From: Micrococcales bacterium
GTDB lineage: Bacteria; Actinomycetota; Actinomycetes; S36-B12; GCA-2699445
Direction: 5' to 3'
Assembly: GCA_032127075.1 (NCBI GenBank)
Contig: JAQAZZ010000052.1
Coordinates: 1-61,494 of the forward strand
DNA length: 61,494 nucleotides
Shown here in pieces: positions 1-9,348 of the stretch. The position numbers and the translations under genes are program-made. Under the pieces are notes generated by a model, which was not told the origin of the DNA, did not search any database, and saw only the letters and a list, made by a program, of their open reading frames with translations. The stretch's first letter is position 1. Every line of letters begins with the position of its first letter.

Positions 1-405
1 CACCTCGGTCCCGGATTCTCCTTCGGCTGGCGCTGCGGGCGCTGCGGGGGGTGCAGGTGCGGGCGCGGGCGCTGCGGGGGGTGCTGGTTCAGGGGCTGCA
101 GGCGTGGGCGAGGCGTCGGACGCTGACTGCGGTGGCGCGGCGGGCTGGGCCGAGGCGCTGGCTTCGTCCGCGGTTCCGATGGTTCCCAGCGGTGCCCCCA
201 CCTCGACGACGGCGTCGTCGGGTGCGTCGATGGACACCAGGACTCCTGCCACCGGGGAGGGGATCTCGGTGTCCACCTTGTCGGTGGAGACCTCGAGCAG
301 GGGTTCGTCCAGTTCGACGCTGTCGCCTATCTGCTTCAGCCAGCGCGTGACAGTTCCCTCGGTGACACTTTCACCCAGGGCGGGCATCGTGACGGGTGTC
401 GGCAC
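1..405 (-). CDS. sucB: Dihydrolipoamide acyltransferase E2 component (SucB/DlaT type), N-terminal lipoyl domain only; the gene runs off the window edge
   Basis: Absent from the ORF track because there is no stop in the window. My reverse-strand translation from GTG at 405 reads [70 protein letters not shown], followed by an Ala/Pro linker. This is a canonical lipoyl domain with the lipoyl-lysine in [19 protein letters not shown] lies 5 nt upstream. The gene sits directly downstream of lpd on the same strand. Confidence 0.85.
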   Translation of the reverse strand, partial: MPTPVTMPALGESVTEGTVTRWLKQIGDSVELDEPLLEVSTDKVDTEIPSPVAGVLVSIDAPDDAVVEVGAPLGTIGTADEASASAQPAAPPQSASDASPTPAAPEPAPPAAPAPAPAPPAAPAAPAEGESGTEV

Positions 406-459
406 AACTATCTCCTCACCGGGGCTGGCGGGTGATCCCTGAGCCCCATCATTGCGTCG

Positions 460-1836
460 TCAGGCGTGGGCATGCAGCGGCTTGCCGGCCAGCGCGAGGT
501 GCGCCTCGCCGAGGGCCTCGTTCTGCGTGGGATGTGCATGGACCAGGGAGGCGACGTCGGCGGGGAACGCTTCCCAGTTGTAGATCAGTTGGGCTTCGCC
601 GATCTGCTCGCCCATCCGCGAGCCGACCATGTGGATGCCCACGACTGGGCCGTCCTTGACCGACACCAGTTTGACGAATCCCGCCGTGGCAAGGATCTGG
701 CTCTTGCCGTTGCCGCCGAGGTTGTACTCATAGGCCTCGATGTTCTCCGCGCCGTACTTCTCCTCGGCCTGATCCTGGTTCAGTCCCACCGAGCCGATTT
801 CAGGTTCGCAGTAGGTGACCCGCGGAATACCGGATTCGTCGATGGGTTGCGGCGCGAGACCGGCAAGCTGTTCGGCGAGGAAGATGCCTTGCGCAAATCC
901 GCGGTGCGCCAGTTGCAGCCCGGGCACGATGTCGCCCACGGCGTAGACGCCGGGGATGTTGGTCCGGAGGTGGTCGTCGGCCAAGACCCACCCGCGGTCC
1001 ATGGCGACCCCCTGTTGCTCGTAGCCCATTCCGGCGGTATTGGGCCCCCGCCCGACGGCGACCAGCATCAAGTCCGCCCGCACCGTGCTGCCGTCTTCCA
1101 GCGTGGCGGTGACTCCGGTGTCGTCTGCGGACGCTCCCGAAAGCCGGGCGCCGGTCATCGCCTTGATCTTGCGCTTGCGGAAGGCCCGTTCCAGCGCCTT
1201 GGACACCGCCGGATCCTCGGCGGCGACGAGGCGGGGCAGGGCCTCGATGATGGTGACCTCAGATCCGAACGATTTCCACACGCTCGCGAACTCGACGCCG
1301 ATGACACCGCCGCCGAGCACGATCACCGAGTCGGGGATCCACTCCAGCTGCAGGGCCTGGTCGCTGGTCATGATCCGCCCGCCGATCTCCAGACCGGGCA
1401 GCGAACGCGGGACCGACCCCGTTGCCAGCACAACGTTGCGTCCGACGTACGGCTGACCATCGACGGTGACGGTTGTGGGGGAGGTCAGGGTGCCCGTGCC
1501 CGTCACGTAGGTGATGTCGCGGGCCTTGACCAGCCCTTGCAGGCCCTTGTACAGCCGGGAGACCACCGCATCCTTGTAGGAGTTGACCTTTGCCATATCC
1601 AGACCATCCAGGGTGGCCCTCACCCCGAAGGCGCCGGATTCGCGGGCAGTGTCCGCGACCTCGGCGGAGTGCAGCAGCGCCTTGGTCGGGATGCACCCCC
1701 GGTGCAGGCAGGTGCCCCCGAGCTTGTCGCGTTCGATGAGCGCGACGCTGAGCCCGAGCTGCGAGGCGCGCAGCGCGCAGGCGTACCCGCCGCTGCCGCC
1801 GCCGAGGATGACTATGTCGAACGGCTCTGCGGACAC
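460..1836 (-). CDS. lpdA: Dihydrolipoyl dehydrogenase (E3)
   Basis: FAD motif DIVILGGGSGGY, redox-active disulfide CLHRGCIPTK and a C-terminal dimerisation-domain HAHPT motif. The start was moved from the longest ORF (1974) to GTG at 1836, which is preceded by GGAGG (VSAEPFDIV...). The upstream 46 codons are Arg/Pro-rich junk. Confidence 0.92.
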   Translation of the reverse strand: MSAEPFDIVILGGGSGGYACALRASQLGLSVALIERDKLGGTCLHRGCIPTKALLHSAEVADTARESGAFGVRATLDGLDMAKVNSYKDAVVSRLYKGLQGLVKARDITYVTGTGTLTSPTTVTVDGQPYVGRNVVLATGSVPRSLPGLEIGGRIMTSDQALQLEWIPDSVIVLGGGVIGVEFASVWKSFGSEVTIIEALPRLVAAEDPAVSKALERAFRKRKIKAMTGARLSGASADDTGVTATLEDGSTVRADLMLVAVGRGPNTAGMGYEQQGVAMDRGWVLADDHLRTNIPGVYAVGDIVPGLQLAHRGFAQGIFLAEQLAGLAPQPIDESGIPRVTYCEPEIGSVGLNQDQAEEKYGAENIEAYEYNLGGNGKSQILATAGFVKLVSVKDGPVVGIHMVGSRMGEQIGEAQLIYNWEAFPADVASLVHAHPTQNEALGEAHLALAGKPLHAHA

Positions 1837-1915
1837 TGTCTGCCTCCAATGCGCGTCAACAGCATCCTGCCACCTGCGGGGCGGCTGGGCACTGGGAAGG
1901 CGGTCGTTGTGGACC

Positions 1916-3382
1916 CTACTGCGAAACAGCCCGCAGATGCTCCGCAAGTGTGCGTACGCCGAATCCGGTTCCACCCTTTGGCAGGTAACCGGACGCAGCG
2001 CCTTCGTTGAAGGCCGGTCCGGCGATGTCCAGGTGAACCCAGGCCGTCCCGTCCGGCACGAACTCCTGCAAGAACAGCGCCGCGGTCAGCATGCCGCCGT
2101 TGCGGTCGCCGATGTTGGCCAGGTCCGCGACCGGTGAATCCAGCGAGGGGCGCAGTTCCGGGGGAAGCGGCATGGGCCAGAGCGACTCACCGGCGGATTC
2201 ACCTGCCGCCACGACAGCGGCACGCAGGTTGTCGTCGTTGCCCATGGCTCCCGCCACCCTGGGCCCCAGTGCGACGAGTTGTGCGCCCGTCAATGTGGCG
2301 ATGTCGATGATCTGGTCCGGGCGGCCTTTCGCGGCTTCCACGAGTGCGTCCGCCAGGACGAGCCTGCCCTCCGCGTCGGTGTTGAGGACCTCCACGGTCT
2401 TGCCGCCGCGGATCGTGATGACGTCGCCGGGGCGCTGCGCTTTGCCGCTGGGCATGTTCTCGGCCACGGCGAGCCAGCCGGTGACGTTCACGGGCAGTTT
2501 CCAGTCGTGGGCCAGTTTCACCGCGGCCAACACCGCTGCGGCGCCTCCCATGTCGGCCTTCATCCATTCCATGGCCTTGGCCGGTTTCAGCGACAGCCCG
2601 CCGGAGTCGAAAGTGATGCCCTTGCCCACCAGGGCCACATGCGACGTCGCCTTGGGCCCGCGGTATCGCAGCCGCACGAGGCGGGGCGGGTTGGCCGAGC
2701 CCTGCCCCACCCCGACCAGGCCGCCGAACCCGCCTCTGCGCAGTTGCGCTTCCGTCCACACCTTGACGCCCACATCGGTGTCGGCGAACGTGTCCCGGGC
2801 GACCTGCGCCAACTCTTCGGGGGGCAGATCGTTGGGGGCGGTGTTGACGAGGTCCCGGGCGAGCTGCACCGCGTCGGCGAGCGCAGCGGCCTCTCGCAGT
2901 ACCGTCCGGGCGGCGGCATCCGGTTTCACGCCGAGGGCAAGGGTCACCCGGCTGGGCGCCGGCGGCGCGTCGCTGCGGTAGCGGTTGAAGCGGTACGCGC
3001 CCAGGGCAGCACCCTCGGCCAAGGCCCGCAGCCGACCGCGGTCCGCGCCGACGGCGCCCACCGCGGCAGAACAGCCGGCCGGGGCCACTCGCAGCGCTGC
3101 ACCCACGGCCCGCCGCACCTGTTCGTCGTCGCAGTCGCCGCCCGCAACAGCCACGATCACAGTGGCCGACTCGATCCCTGGCGGCGAAGGCAGCCGCACC
3201 GGCTCGACGGACCCGGGCGCCGCCAAGGCGGTGGCCGCCGCGGCGATCCGGCGCCGCTCCTTGGCGCCGAGGCCGCTGCCGGGCAGGAGCGAGAGGGAAT
3301 CATCGCGCCAGTGCGCCGAGAGGACGAGCGCATCGGCCGGCGTGGCGGCAGGCGGTGTGGCGGCCAGCCGGAGCTCTGTCAC
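1916..3382 (-). CDS. pepA: Leucyl aminopeptidase (M17 family)
   Basis: M17 signature NTDAEGRLVLADAL and a conserved GKGITFDSGG block. The start is placed at GTG 3382 (VTELRLAA), preceded by GAGGTG. The longest ORF to 3508 would overlap gcvT. The exact start is uncertain. Confidence 0.85.
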   Translation of the reverse strand: MTELRLAATPPAATPADALVLSAHWRDDSLSLLPGSGLGAKERRRIAAAATALAAPGSVEPVRLPSPPGIESATVIVAVAGGDCDDEQVRRAVGAALRVAPAGCSAAVGAVGADRGRLRALAEGAALGAYRFNRYRSDAPPAPSRVTLALGVKPDAAARTVLREAAALADAVQLARDLVNTAPNDLPPEELAQVARDTFADTDVGVKVWTEAQLRRGGFGGLVGVGQGSANPPRLVRLRYRGPKATSHVALVGKGITFDSGGLSLKPAKAMEWMKADMGGAAAVLAAVKLAHDWKLPVNVTGWLAVAENMPSGKAQRPGDVITIRGGKTVEVLNTDAEGRLVLADALVEAAKGRPDQIIDIATLTGAQLVALGPRVAGAMGNDDNLRAAVVAAGESAGESLWPMPLPPELRPSLDSPVADLANIGDRNGGMLTAALFLQEFVPDGTAWVHLDIAGPAFNEGAASGYLPKGGTGFGVRTLAEHLRAVSQ

Positions 3383-3450
3383 GGGGATCACCTCGGGTTG
3401 TGCGGGGAGTGCTTCGTGGCAGGCTACCGCCCGTGGACTAGCGTCGGCAC

Positions 3451-4566
3451 ATGTCGATTGAAGATCCTCGGGGTCGAATCGCCGGTGCGGCCAGCGCAGC
3501 ACGGACAACTGCGCTGCACGCGTGGCATGTCGCCGCCGGAGCCAAGATGGCCGACTTCGCGGGTTGGCACATGCCCATCGAGTACCCCGCGGGCACGGTG
3601 GCGGAGCATCGCGCCGTTCGCGGCGGCTGCGGACTGTTCGACGTCTCGCACATGGGGACGCTGGAGGTAGCCGGTGCGGACGCCGCGGCGGCGCTGAACG
3701 CCATCCTGACCAACGACCTCGACCGGTTGTCGGCGAACGACGTCCAATACACGTTGCTCTGCGACGACGACGGCGGCGTCGTGGACGACATGCTCGTCAC
3801 CCGTCTCGCCGCAGACCGGCACCTCATCGTCCCCAACGCCGCCAACACCGATGCGGTGCGCAGTGCGGTCGAGGCGCAGGTGGGTTCCGATGCAGTCACC
3901 GATCTGGCCGGCTCCAGGAGTCTGATCGCCGTTCAGGGACCGGGATCCGGGGCAGCCCTGGCCGGCCTCGGGATACCCACCGCCCATGACTACATGACCG
4001 TGCGGTCCGCGGACGTCCTCGGCGAGCCGGTTCTGGTGTCGCGCACCGGCTACACCGGGGAACACGGCTACGAACTCTTGGCCCCGAACAGCATCGCGGC
4101 TCAGCTGTGGGAGGACCTCGTGGATCAGCCCCATGTGGCGCCGTGCGGGCTCGGGGCCCGGGACACCCTGCGCACCGAGATGGGCTACCCGCTGCACGGC
4201 CAGGACATATCGGCGCAGATCACCCCGGTGATGGCCGGGCTTTCCTGGGCCGTCGCCTGGGACAGGCCGTTCCAGGGCCGTCCGGCTCTGCAGCGCCAGC
4301 GAGAACAGGGAGTCGATCGGCGGTTGCGCGGCGTCCGGCTCCAGGGCCGGGGAGTGCCGCGGCCGGGTATGACGGTCCTGGCCGCCGGCCGGGACGCCGG
4401 TGTGGTCACCTCTGGGACATTCTCTCCCACGCTGCGCACGGGGATCGCCCTGGCTCTGCTCGATCCCAGCCTCGGGCCGGGAGACGCGGTCACGGTGGAC
4501 ATCCGTGGCCGCCACGTCGCCGCCGAGGTCGTGAAGCCTCCCTTCGTGGGTTCATCGCCCAAGTAG
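3451..4566 (+). CDS. gcvT: Glycine cleavage system aminomethyltransferase T
   Basis: 371 aa. N-terminus TALHAWHVAAGAKMADFAGWHMPIEY, then DVSHMG and YTGEHGYEL blocks typical of GcvT. Confidence 0.92.
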   Translation: MSIEDPRGRIAGAASAARTTALHAWHVAAGAKMADFAGWHMPIEYPAGTVAEHRAVRGGCGLFDVSHMGTLEVAGADAAAALNAILTNDLDRLSANDVQYTLLCDDDGGVVDDMLVTRLAADRHLIVPNAANTDAVRSAVEAQVGSDAVTDLAGSRSLIAVQGPGSGAALAGLGIPTAHDYMTVRSADVLGEPVLVSRTGYTGEHGYELLAPNSIAAQLWEDLVDQPHVAPCGLGARDTLRTEMGYPLHGQDISAQITPVMAGLSWAVAWDRPFQGRPALQRQREQGVDRRLRGVRLQGRGVPRPGMTVLAAGRDAGVVTSGTFSPTLRTGIALALLDPSLGPGDAVTVDIRGRHVAAEVVKPPFVGSSPK

Positions 4567-5265
4567 CAGGCGCTGCGACAGCGCCCCCGCCGCGCTGACG
4601 ACGGGTTCGGCGAACCTGGGACCGGGGGCGCGGCCGAGCCTCTCCACCGGTCCGGAGATCGATATCGCCGCCACCACTCGGCCGCCGGGCGTGCGCACCG
4701 GAGCGGACACCGAGGCGACACCCGGCTCCCGTTCGCCCACGCTCGCCGCCCAGCCCCGGCGCCGCACGGTGCCCAGCGTGGCCGCGGTGAAGGCCGCCGG
4801 CCGCAGAGCCTGCGGCGTGACTGCCGGATCCCATGCCAGCAGGACCTGCGCGGCTGAGCCCGCAGACATTGTCAGAGATGCCCCCAAGGGGACCGTGTCC
4901 CGCAGGCCGCTCGGCAGATCCGATGCCGCAACACAGATCCGGGCATCGCCGGATCGCTGGTACAGCTGCGCGCTCTCCCCGGTTGCGTCGCGCAGATGCC
5001 GCAGGACGGGCCGCGCCCGTACGGCGATGTCTTCGGCGTCCGCCGAGGCCGCCAGTTCTGCGATGCGCGGCCCCAGGAGGAACCTGCCCTCACCATCGCG
5101 GGCCAACAGCCCGTGGCCCTCCAACGCCACTGCCAGCCGATGGGCAGTCGGGCGGGCGATTCCGGTCGCTTCAGCCAGGTCGTTCAGGGAGTGGGGCCGC
5201 AGTTCCAGGGCGGCGAGGATCGCCGCGGACTTGTCCACGACCCCGACTCTGCTACCGTTGTCCAC
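4552..5265 (-). CDS. IclR-family transcriptional regulator, divergent from leuCD (LtbR-like position)
   Basis: N-terminal wHTH (VVDKSAAILAALE...LNDLAEATGIARPTAHRLAVALE) plus a C-terminal IclR effector domain (SAPV...G..VAAISISGP). The start is uncertain: GTG at 5286, 5265 or 5238, none with a clear RBS. The 3' end overlaps gcvT convergently by 15 nt. Confidence 0.75.
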   Translation of the reverse strand: MDNGSRVGVVDKSAAILAALELRPHSLNDLAEATGIARPTAHRLAVALEGHGLLARDGEGRFLLGPRIAELAASADAEDIAVRARPVLRHLRDATGESAQLYQRSGDARICVAASDLPSGLRDTVPLGASLTMSAGSAAQVLLAWDPAVTPQALRPAAFTAATLGTVRRRGWAASVGEREPGVASVSAPVRTPGGRVVAAISISGPVERLGRAPGPRFAEPVVSAAGALSQRLLLGR

Positions 5266-5280
5266 TAAGCGAGAATAGCA

Positions 5281-5295
5281 TCTCACTTGGTGAGA
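5281..5295. promoter_or_regulatory. Perfect inverted repeat TCTCAC-TTG-GTGAGA between the IclR gene and leuC; candidate operator
   Basis: Read directly: tctcacttggtgaga. It lies 14 nt upstream of the leuC GTG and abuts the leuC RBS (ACAGGAGG). Confidence 0.4.
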
Positions 5296-5308
5296 CAGGA
5301 GGCAGACT

Positions 5309-6709
5309 GTGGGCAGGACTCTGGCCGAAAAGGTGTGGCAGGACCACGTGGTCCGCCAAGCAGAGGGCGAACCCGATCTGCTCTACATCGACCTGCACCT
5401 GATCCATGAGGTGACCAGTCCGCAGGCGTTCGAGGGGCTGCGGCAGTCCGGGCGGGGAGTGCGCCGACCCGACTTGACGTTGGCCACCGAGGATCACAAC
5501 GTGCCCACGATCAACATCGACCGGCCGATCGCGGACCCCACGAGCAGGGCCCAGGTGGAGGCGCTGCGCAACAACTGCGCGGAGTTCGCAGTCCCCATCT
5601 TCCCGTTGGGTGACGACGAACAGGGGATCGTCCACGTGGTGGGCCCCCAGCTCGGGCTGACCCAGCCGGGGATGACCGTGGTGTGCGGCGATTCGCACAC
5701 ATCCACCCACGGCGCGTTCGGGGCGCTGGCCTTCGGTATCGGGACCAGCGAGGTCGAGCATGTGCTGGCGACCCAGACCCTGCCCCTGAAGCCGTTCAAG
5801 ACGATGGCGGTCACGGTGGACGGCGATCTGCCGGACGGAGTGACGGCCAAGGACATCATCCTGGCCGTCATCTCGAAGATCGGTACCGCCGGTGGCCTGG
5901 GCCACGTGATCGAGTACCGCGGCAGCGCAATCGAGGCGCTGTCGATGGAAGGCCGGATGACGATCTGCAACATGTCGATCGAAGCCGGCGCGCGGGCGGG
6001 GATGATCGCCCCCGACGACACCACCTTGGAGTATCTGCGTGGACGCCCCCGAGCCCCCGTCGGCGACGACTGGGACGCCGCGGTGGCGTACTGGCTCGGC
6101 CTGCGTACCGACGACGACGCCAGTTTCGACACCGAAGTAGTCATCGATGCGGGTGAGTTGAGCCCCTATGTCACGTGGGGGACGAACCCCGGCCAGGGGT
6201 TGCCGCTGTCAGCATCCGTGCCCGACCCCGCGGACTTCGTCGACGAGCACAAGCGGGTGGCCGCCGAGCGCGCCCTGGAGTACATGGATCTGGCGCCCGG
6301 CACCGCCCTTCGCGACATCGGGGTGGACGTCGTGTTCGTGGGCTCGTGCACGAACGGCCGCATAGAGGATCTGCGTGCTGTCGCCGATGTCCTGCGCGAC
6401 CGCAAGGTCGCCGACGACCTGCACATGTACATCGTGCCCGGATCCGTACGGGTCAAGCACCAGGCCGAGCAGGAAGGCCTGGTCGAGGTATTCCGTGCCG
6501 CGGGGGCGGATTGGCGTGAGGCGGGCTGCTCGATGTGCCTGGCGATGAATCCCGACAAGCTGCAACCCGGCCAGCGGGCGGCGTCGACGTCGAACCGCAA
6601 CTTCGAGGGGCGGCAGGGACCGGGCGGCAGAACACATCTGGTGTCGCCGCAGGTGGCGGCGGCGACCGCGGTAGCCGGGCGGCTGACTTCGCCCGCGGAT
6701 CTGGGCTGA
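5309..6709 (+). CDS. leuC: 3-isopropylmalate dehydratase large subunit
   Basis: 466 aa. Aconitase-family Fe-S ligand blocks [23 protein letters not shown] and [16 protein letters not shown] before GTG 5309. Confidence 0.96.
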   Translation: MGRTLAEKVWQDHVVRQAEGEPDLLYIDLHLIHEVTSPQAFEGLRQSGRGVRRPDLTLATEDHNVPTINIDRPIADPTSRAQVEALRNNCAEFAVPIFPLGDDEQGIVHVVGPQLGLTQPGMTVVCGDSHTSTHGAFGALAFGIGTSEVEHVLATQTLPLKPFKTMAVTVDGDLPDGVTAKDIILAVISKIGTAGGLGHVIEYRGSAIEALSMEGRMTICNMSIEAGARAGMIAPDDTTLEYLRGRPRAPVGDDWDAAVAYWLGLRTDDDASFDTEVVIDAGELSPYVTWGTNPGQGLPLSASVPDPADFVDEHKRVAAERALEYMDLAPGTALRDIGVDVVFVGSCTNGRIEDLRAVADVLRDRKVADDLHMYIVPGSVRVKHQAEQEGLVEVFRAAGADWREAGCSMCLAMNPDKLQPGQRAASTSNRNFEGRQGPGGRTHLVSPQVAAATAVAGRLTSPADLG

Positions 6710-6719
6710 GGAGGAACCC

Positions 6720-7310
6720 ATGGACAAGTTCACCGTCCACACCGGCACAGCGGTGCCGCTGCGGCGCAGCAACGTCGATACCGATCAGATCATCCCCGCG
6801 GAATACCTCAAGCGGATAACCCGCACCGGTTTCGCGGATGGCCTGTTCTCGGCTTGGCGCCAAGACCCGTCCTTCGTGCTGAACCATGAGCACCACAGCG
6901 CAGCCACCGTGCTGATCGCCGGTCCCGATTTCGGGACGGGCTCGTCCAGGGAACATGCCGTGTGGGCATTGCAGGACTACGGTTTCCGGGTGGTGATCTC
7001 GGCGCGCTTCGCCGATATCTTCCGCGGCAACGCGGGCAAGAGCGGTCTGCTGCCCGCGCTCGTCGAGCACGAGGTCGTGGAACAGTTGTGGGACATCGTG
7101 GAGGCGGACCCGACGGTCGAGATCACGGTTGACCTGCATCAACAGCAGATCACGGCCGGCGACCTGGTCACCGGCTTCGTGGTGGACTCCCACGTGCGCG
7201 GGCGGATGCTGGAGGGGTTGGACGACATCGCGCTGACGATGGAGCACGCCGACCGGATCAGCGACTACGAGCGACATCGCCCTCACCACAAGCCGACGAC
7301 GCTGGGCTGA
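6720..7310 (+). CDS. leuD: 3-isopropylmalate dehydratase small subunit
   Basis: 196 aa. [26 protein letters not shown] and [17 protein letters not shown] are typical LeuD blocks. It follows leuC after 10 nt. Confidence 0.96.
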   Translation: MDKFTVHTGTAVPLRRSNVDTDQIIPAEYLKRITRTGFADGLFSAWRQDPSFVLNHEHHSAATVLIAGPDFGTGSSREHAVWALQDYGFRVVISARFADIFRGNAGKSGLLPALVEHEVVEQLWDIVEADPTVEITVDLHQQQITAGDLVTGFVVDSHVRGRMLEGLDDIALTMEHADRISDYERHRPHHKPTTLG

Positions 7311-7431
7311 CAGCGGCCAGCCCTGACTGCCGGAGTGTCGGGGTAGGCGTGGCGGGGGTGGGCAACGGTTTCGCCGACGACTACCTTCAGGGACATCCAC
7401 AGCCGAAACGAGATCATGAAGGGTCCACCCA

Positions 7432-7794
7432 GTGAACAGAAGTCAGTTTGTGGAGAATCTGGCTGCCCGCCTCGAGATGAACAAGGCCGAGGCCAACAAG
7501 GTCCTCAACGCCGTGCTCGACGAGATCCGCAGCACCGTATCCCGCGGCGAGGATGTCCGCTTGACGGGTCTCGGTGTCTTCGAAAGCGTCTCCCGCTCCG
7601 CCCGCACCGCCCGCAACCCCCGCACCGGTGATTCCATCAAGGTGAAGGCCACCCGCGTGCCGCGGTTCCGGCCCAGCGCGGAGTTCAAGGCGGTAGTGGC
7701 AGGCGCCCGCAAGGCCGTGTCGTCGCGCACCGATGCGGATGCCGCCCCCGACACCGAGCAGCCCCCGGCGAATTCGCCGGAATCGGGGGAGTAG
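7432..7794 (+). CDS. hup: HU-family nucleoid-associated DNA-binding protein with a short acidic C-terminal tail
   Basis: MNRSQFVENLAARLEMNKAEANKVLNAVLDEI...GLGVFE...ARNPRTGDSIKV...VPRFRPSAEFK is a full HU fold. About 30 extra residues follow, rich in D/E/P/S. Confidence 0.92.
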   Translation: MNRSQFVENLAARLEMNKAEANKVLNAVLDEIRSTVSRGEDVRLTGLGVFESVSRSARTARNPRTGDSIKVKATRVPRFRPSAEFKAVVAGARKAVSSRTDADAAPDTEQPPANSPESGE

Positions 7795-7812
7795 CCGCGG
7801 CAGCTCTGGGGA

Positions 7813-8436
7813 TCACAGGGCAAGGCCGAGGGCCGCGACTGCTGCGGTTGTATTCGGTCCCGCGCCGATCCGCAGGGCATCGGCGAGGTCGGGCAGGGAG
7901 TCGACGTCGCGTCGCAAGCGTGACAGCGAGTCCAACCGCAGCTCGGCCAATCCCGCCGCGCGGTGGCGGGCGCGCGAACGCCGGCCGAAAGCGGGGTGGA
8001 AGCCGGTGACGGGGGCGTAGACACAGGTTGTGCCGGTGCCGGCCGTGTCGCCGACGAAGACACCCGGTGCGTCGCCGGCGACGAGTGCGGCCTCTGCCGC
8101 CACCACCAGGTCGGCGACGTCCGCAGCCCGTACACAGGGCAGATCACCCATGATGGCCAACACCCGACCGGAGTTGTCGATGTGTGCCGCTGCCGACCGC
8201 AGCGCCGCGTTCAGCCCTCGGCCCGGGTCGGCGAGAGGGTCGATCCCCACCCCCGGCGGGACGGCCCCGACGACCACGGTCTGGTCGATTTCGCCGCACC
8301 CGCGACAGGCGGCAATCACGTCGGCGGCAAAAGCGGCAGCAAGGCGGCCACGCGTGCCGGCGTCGAATCCTAGGCGGGTCTTGGCCCTCACCGTGGGCTT
8401 CAACGGAACGACGGCCGTCACCGGGACCGTTGGCAT
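7813..8436 (-). CDS. cofC: 2-phospho-L-lactate/phosphoenolpyruvate guanylyltransferase (CofC/FbiD family, F420 biosynthesis)
   Basis: Only the last 207 codons of the 480-aa track ORF look real. They read MPTVPVTAVVPLKPTVRAKTRLG...IMGDLPCV...TGTT, the CofC pattern. ATG at 8436. The gene sits between hup and gpsA, as I recall for mycobacterial fbiD. Confidence 0.72.
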   Translation of the reverse strand: MPTVPVTAVVPLKPTVRAKTRLGFDAGTRGRLAAAFAADVIAACRGCGEIDQTVVVGAVPPGVGIDPLADPGRGLNAALRSAAAHIDNSGRVLAIMGDLPCVRAADVADLVVAAEAALVAGDAPGVFVGDTAGTGTTCVYAPVTGFHPAFGRRSRARHRAAGLAELRLDSLSRLRRDVDSLPDLADALRIGAGPNTTAAVAALGLAL

Positions 8437-8505
8437 CAGGGCCCGGCCTCGGGCAAGATCGACACCGGGCGCCGCCGCGGCGCTCGGTCGAACAGGGAGT
8501 CGGCA

Positions 8506-9261
8506 GTGCGCCCCATACCCGCCCACCAGCACCTCGGGCCCTGGTATGCGCTGTCGCTCGGACTGCTGTGGCCGCCCATGATGGCGATGACCCGGCGACG
8601 ATGGTTCGGTGTGGCGAACCTGGGCCGGCCCGGAGACGGCCTGGTGGTGGCCGCCAACCACATGTCCTGGTTCGATCCGCTGGTCATCGCTCACATCATG
8701 AACGACAACGACCGGATGCCGCGATTCCTGGCCAAAGACTCGGTGTTCGAGATCCCGGTGCTCGGCAAGATCATCGACGGGGCGGGGCAGATCCCCGTCT
8801 ATCGGCACACCGCCGACGCCTCCGGCGCCGTCAGCGCCGCCGTCAGCGCGGTCGGCGGCGGCGAGGCGGTGGTCGTGTACCCGGAAGGCACCCTCACCCG
8901 CGACCCGGATCTCTGGCCGATGACCGGCAAGACCGGTGCCGCGCGTATTGCGCTGTCGTCCGGGAAGCCCGTCGTGCCGCTGGCCCATTGGGGAGCCCAG
9001 GAGATCATGGGCCCCTACAAGAAGGAGTTCCACGTCGTGCCCCGCAAGAGACTCATGGTGTCCGTGGGCCCACCAGTGGATCTGGACGACCTGCGGGAGA
9101 TGCCGCCCGGCGCGGAGGTGCTGCGGGAGGCCAGCGCTCGGATCATGGACGCGATCACCGCACAGCTGGCCTTTCTGCGCCGGGAGCGCCCGCCGCAGGG
9201 GCGGTGGGATCCTCGCCAGGGACGAAGGGTGGTCGTGGACCACCCGCTGCCCCACGACTGA
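8506..9261 (+). CDS. Lysophospholipid (1-acyl-sn-glycerol-3-phosphate) acyltransferase family protein
   Basis: 251 aa. HX4D catalytic motif NHMSWFD, FLAKDS block and YPEGTLT block of the PlsC family. Confidence 0.82.
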   Translation: MRPIPAHQHLGPWYALSLGLLWPPMMAMTRRRWFGVANLGRPGDGLVVAANHMSWFDPLVIAHIMNDNDRMPRFLAKDSVFEIPVLGKIIDGAGQIPVYRHTADASGAVSAAVSAVGGGEAVVVYPEGTLTRDPDLWPMTGKTGAARIALSSGKPVVPLAHWGAQEIMGPYKKEFHVVPRKRLMVSVGPPVDLDDLREMPPGAEVLREASARIMDAITAQLAFLRRERPPQGRWDPRQGRRVVVDHPLPHD

Positions 9262-9348
9262 CGGGACCCGGTCGGTGTCGGCGACTGGGGGGACAGCGCC
9301 CCGCGGAACGGCTAGCGTCGCTGGCAGGGCAACTTACAGGAGGTTCGT

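Noticed and set aside
3383-3450. A glycine riboswitch upstream of gcvT.
   Set aside because: The gap is only 68 nt, too short for even a single glycine aptamer. It appears to hold just divergent promoter elements.
8437-9255. The upstream 273 codons of the 480-aa - strand ORF that contains cofC.
   Set aside because: This part is antisense to the well-supported PlsC-like acyltransferase gene and has no recognisable features. The CofC homology starts at ATG 8436.
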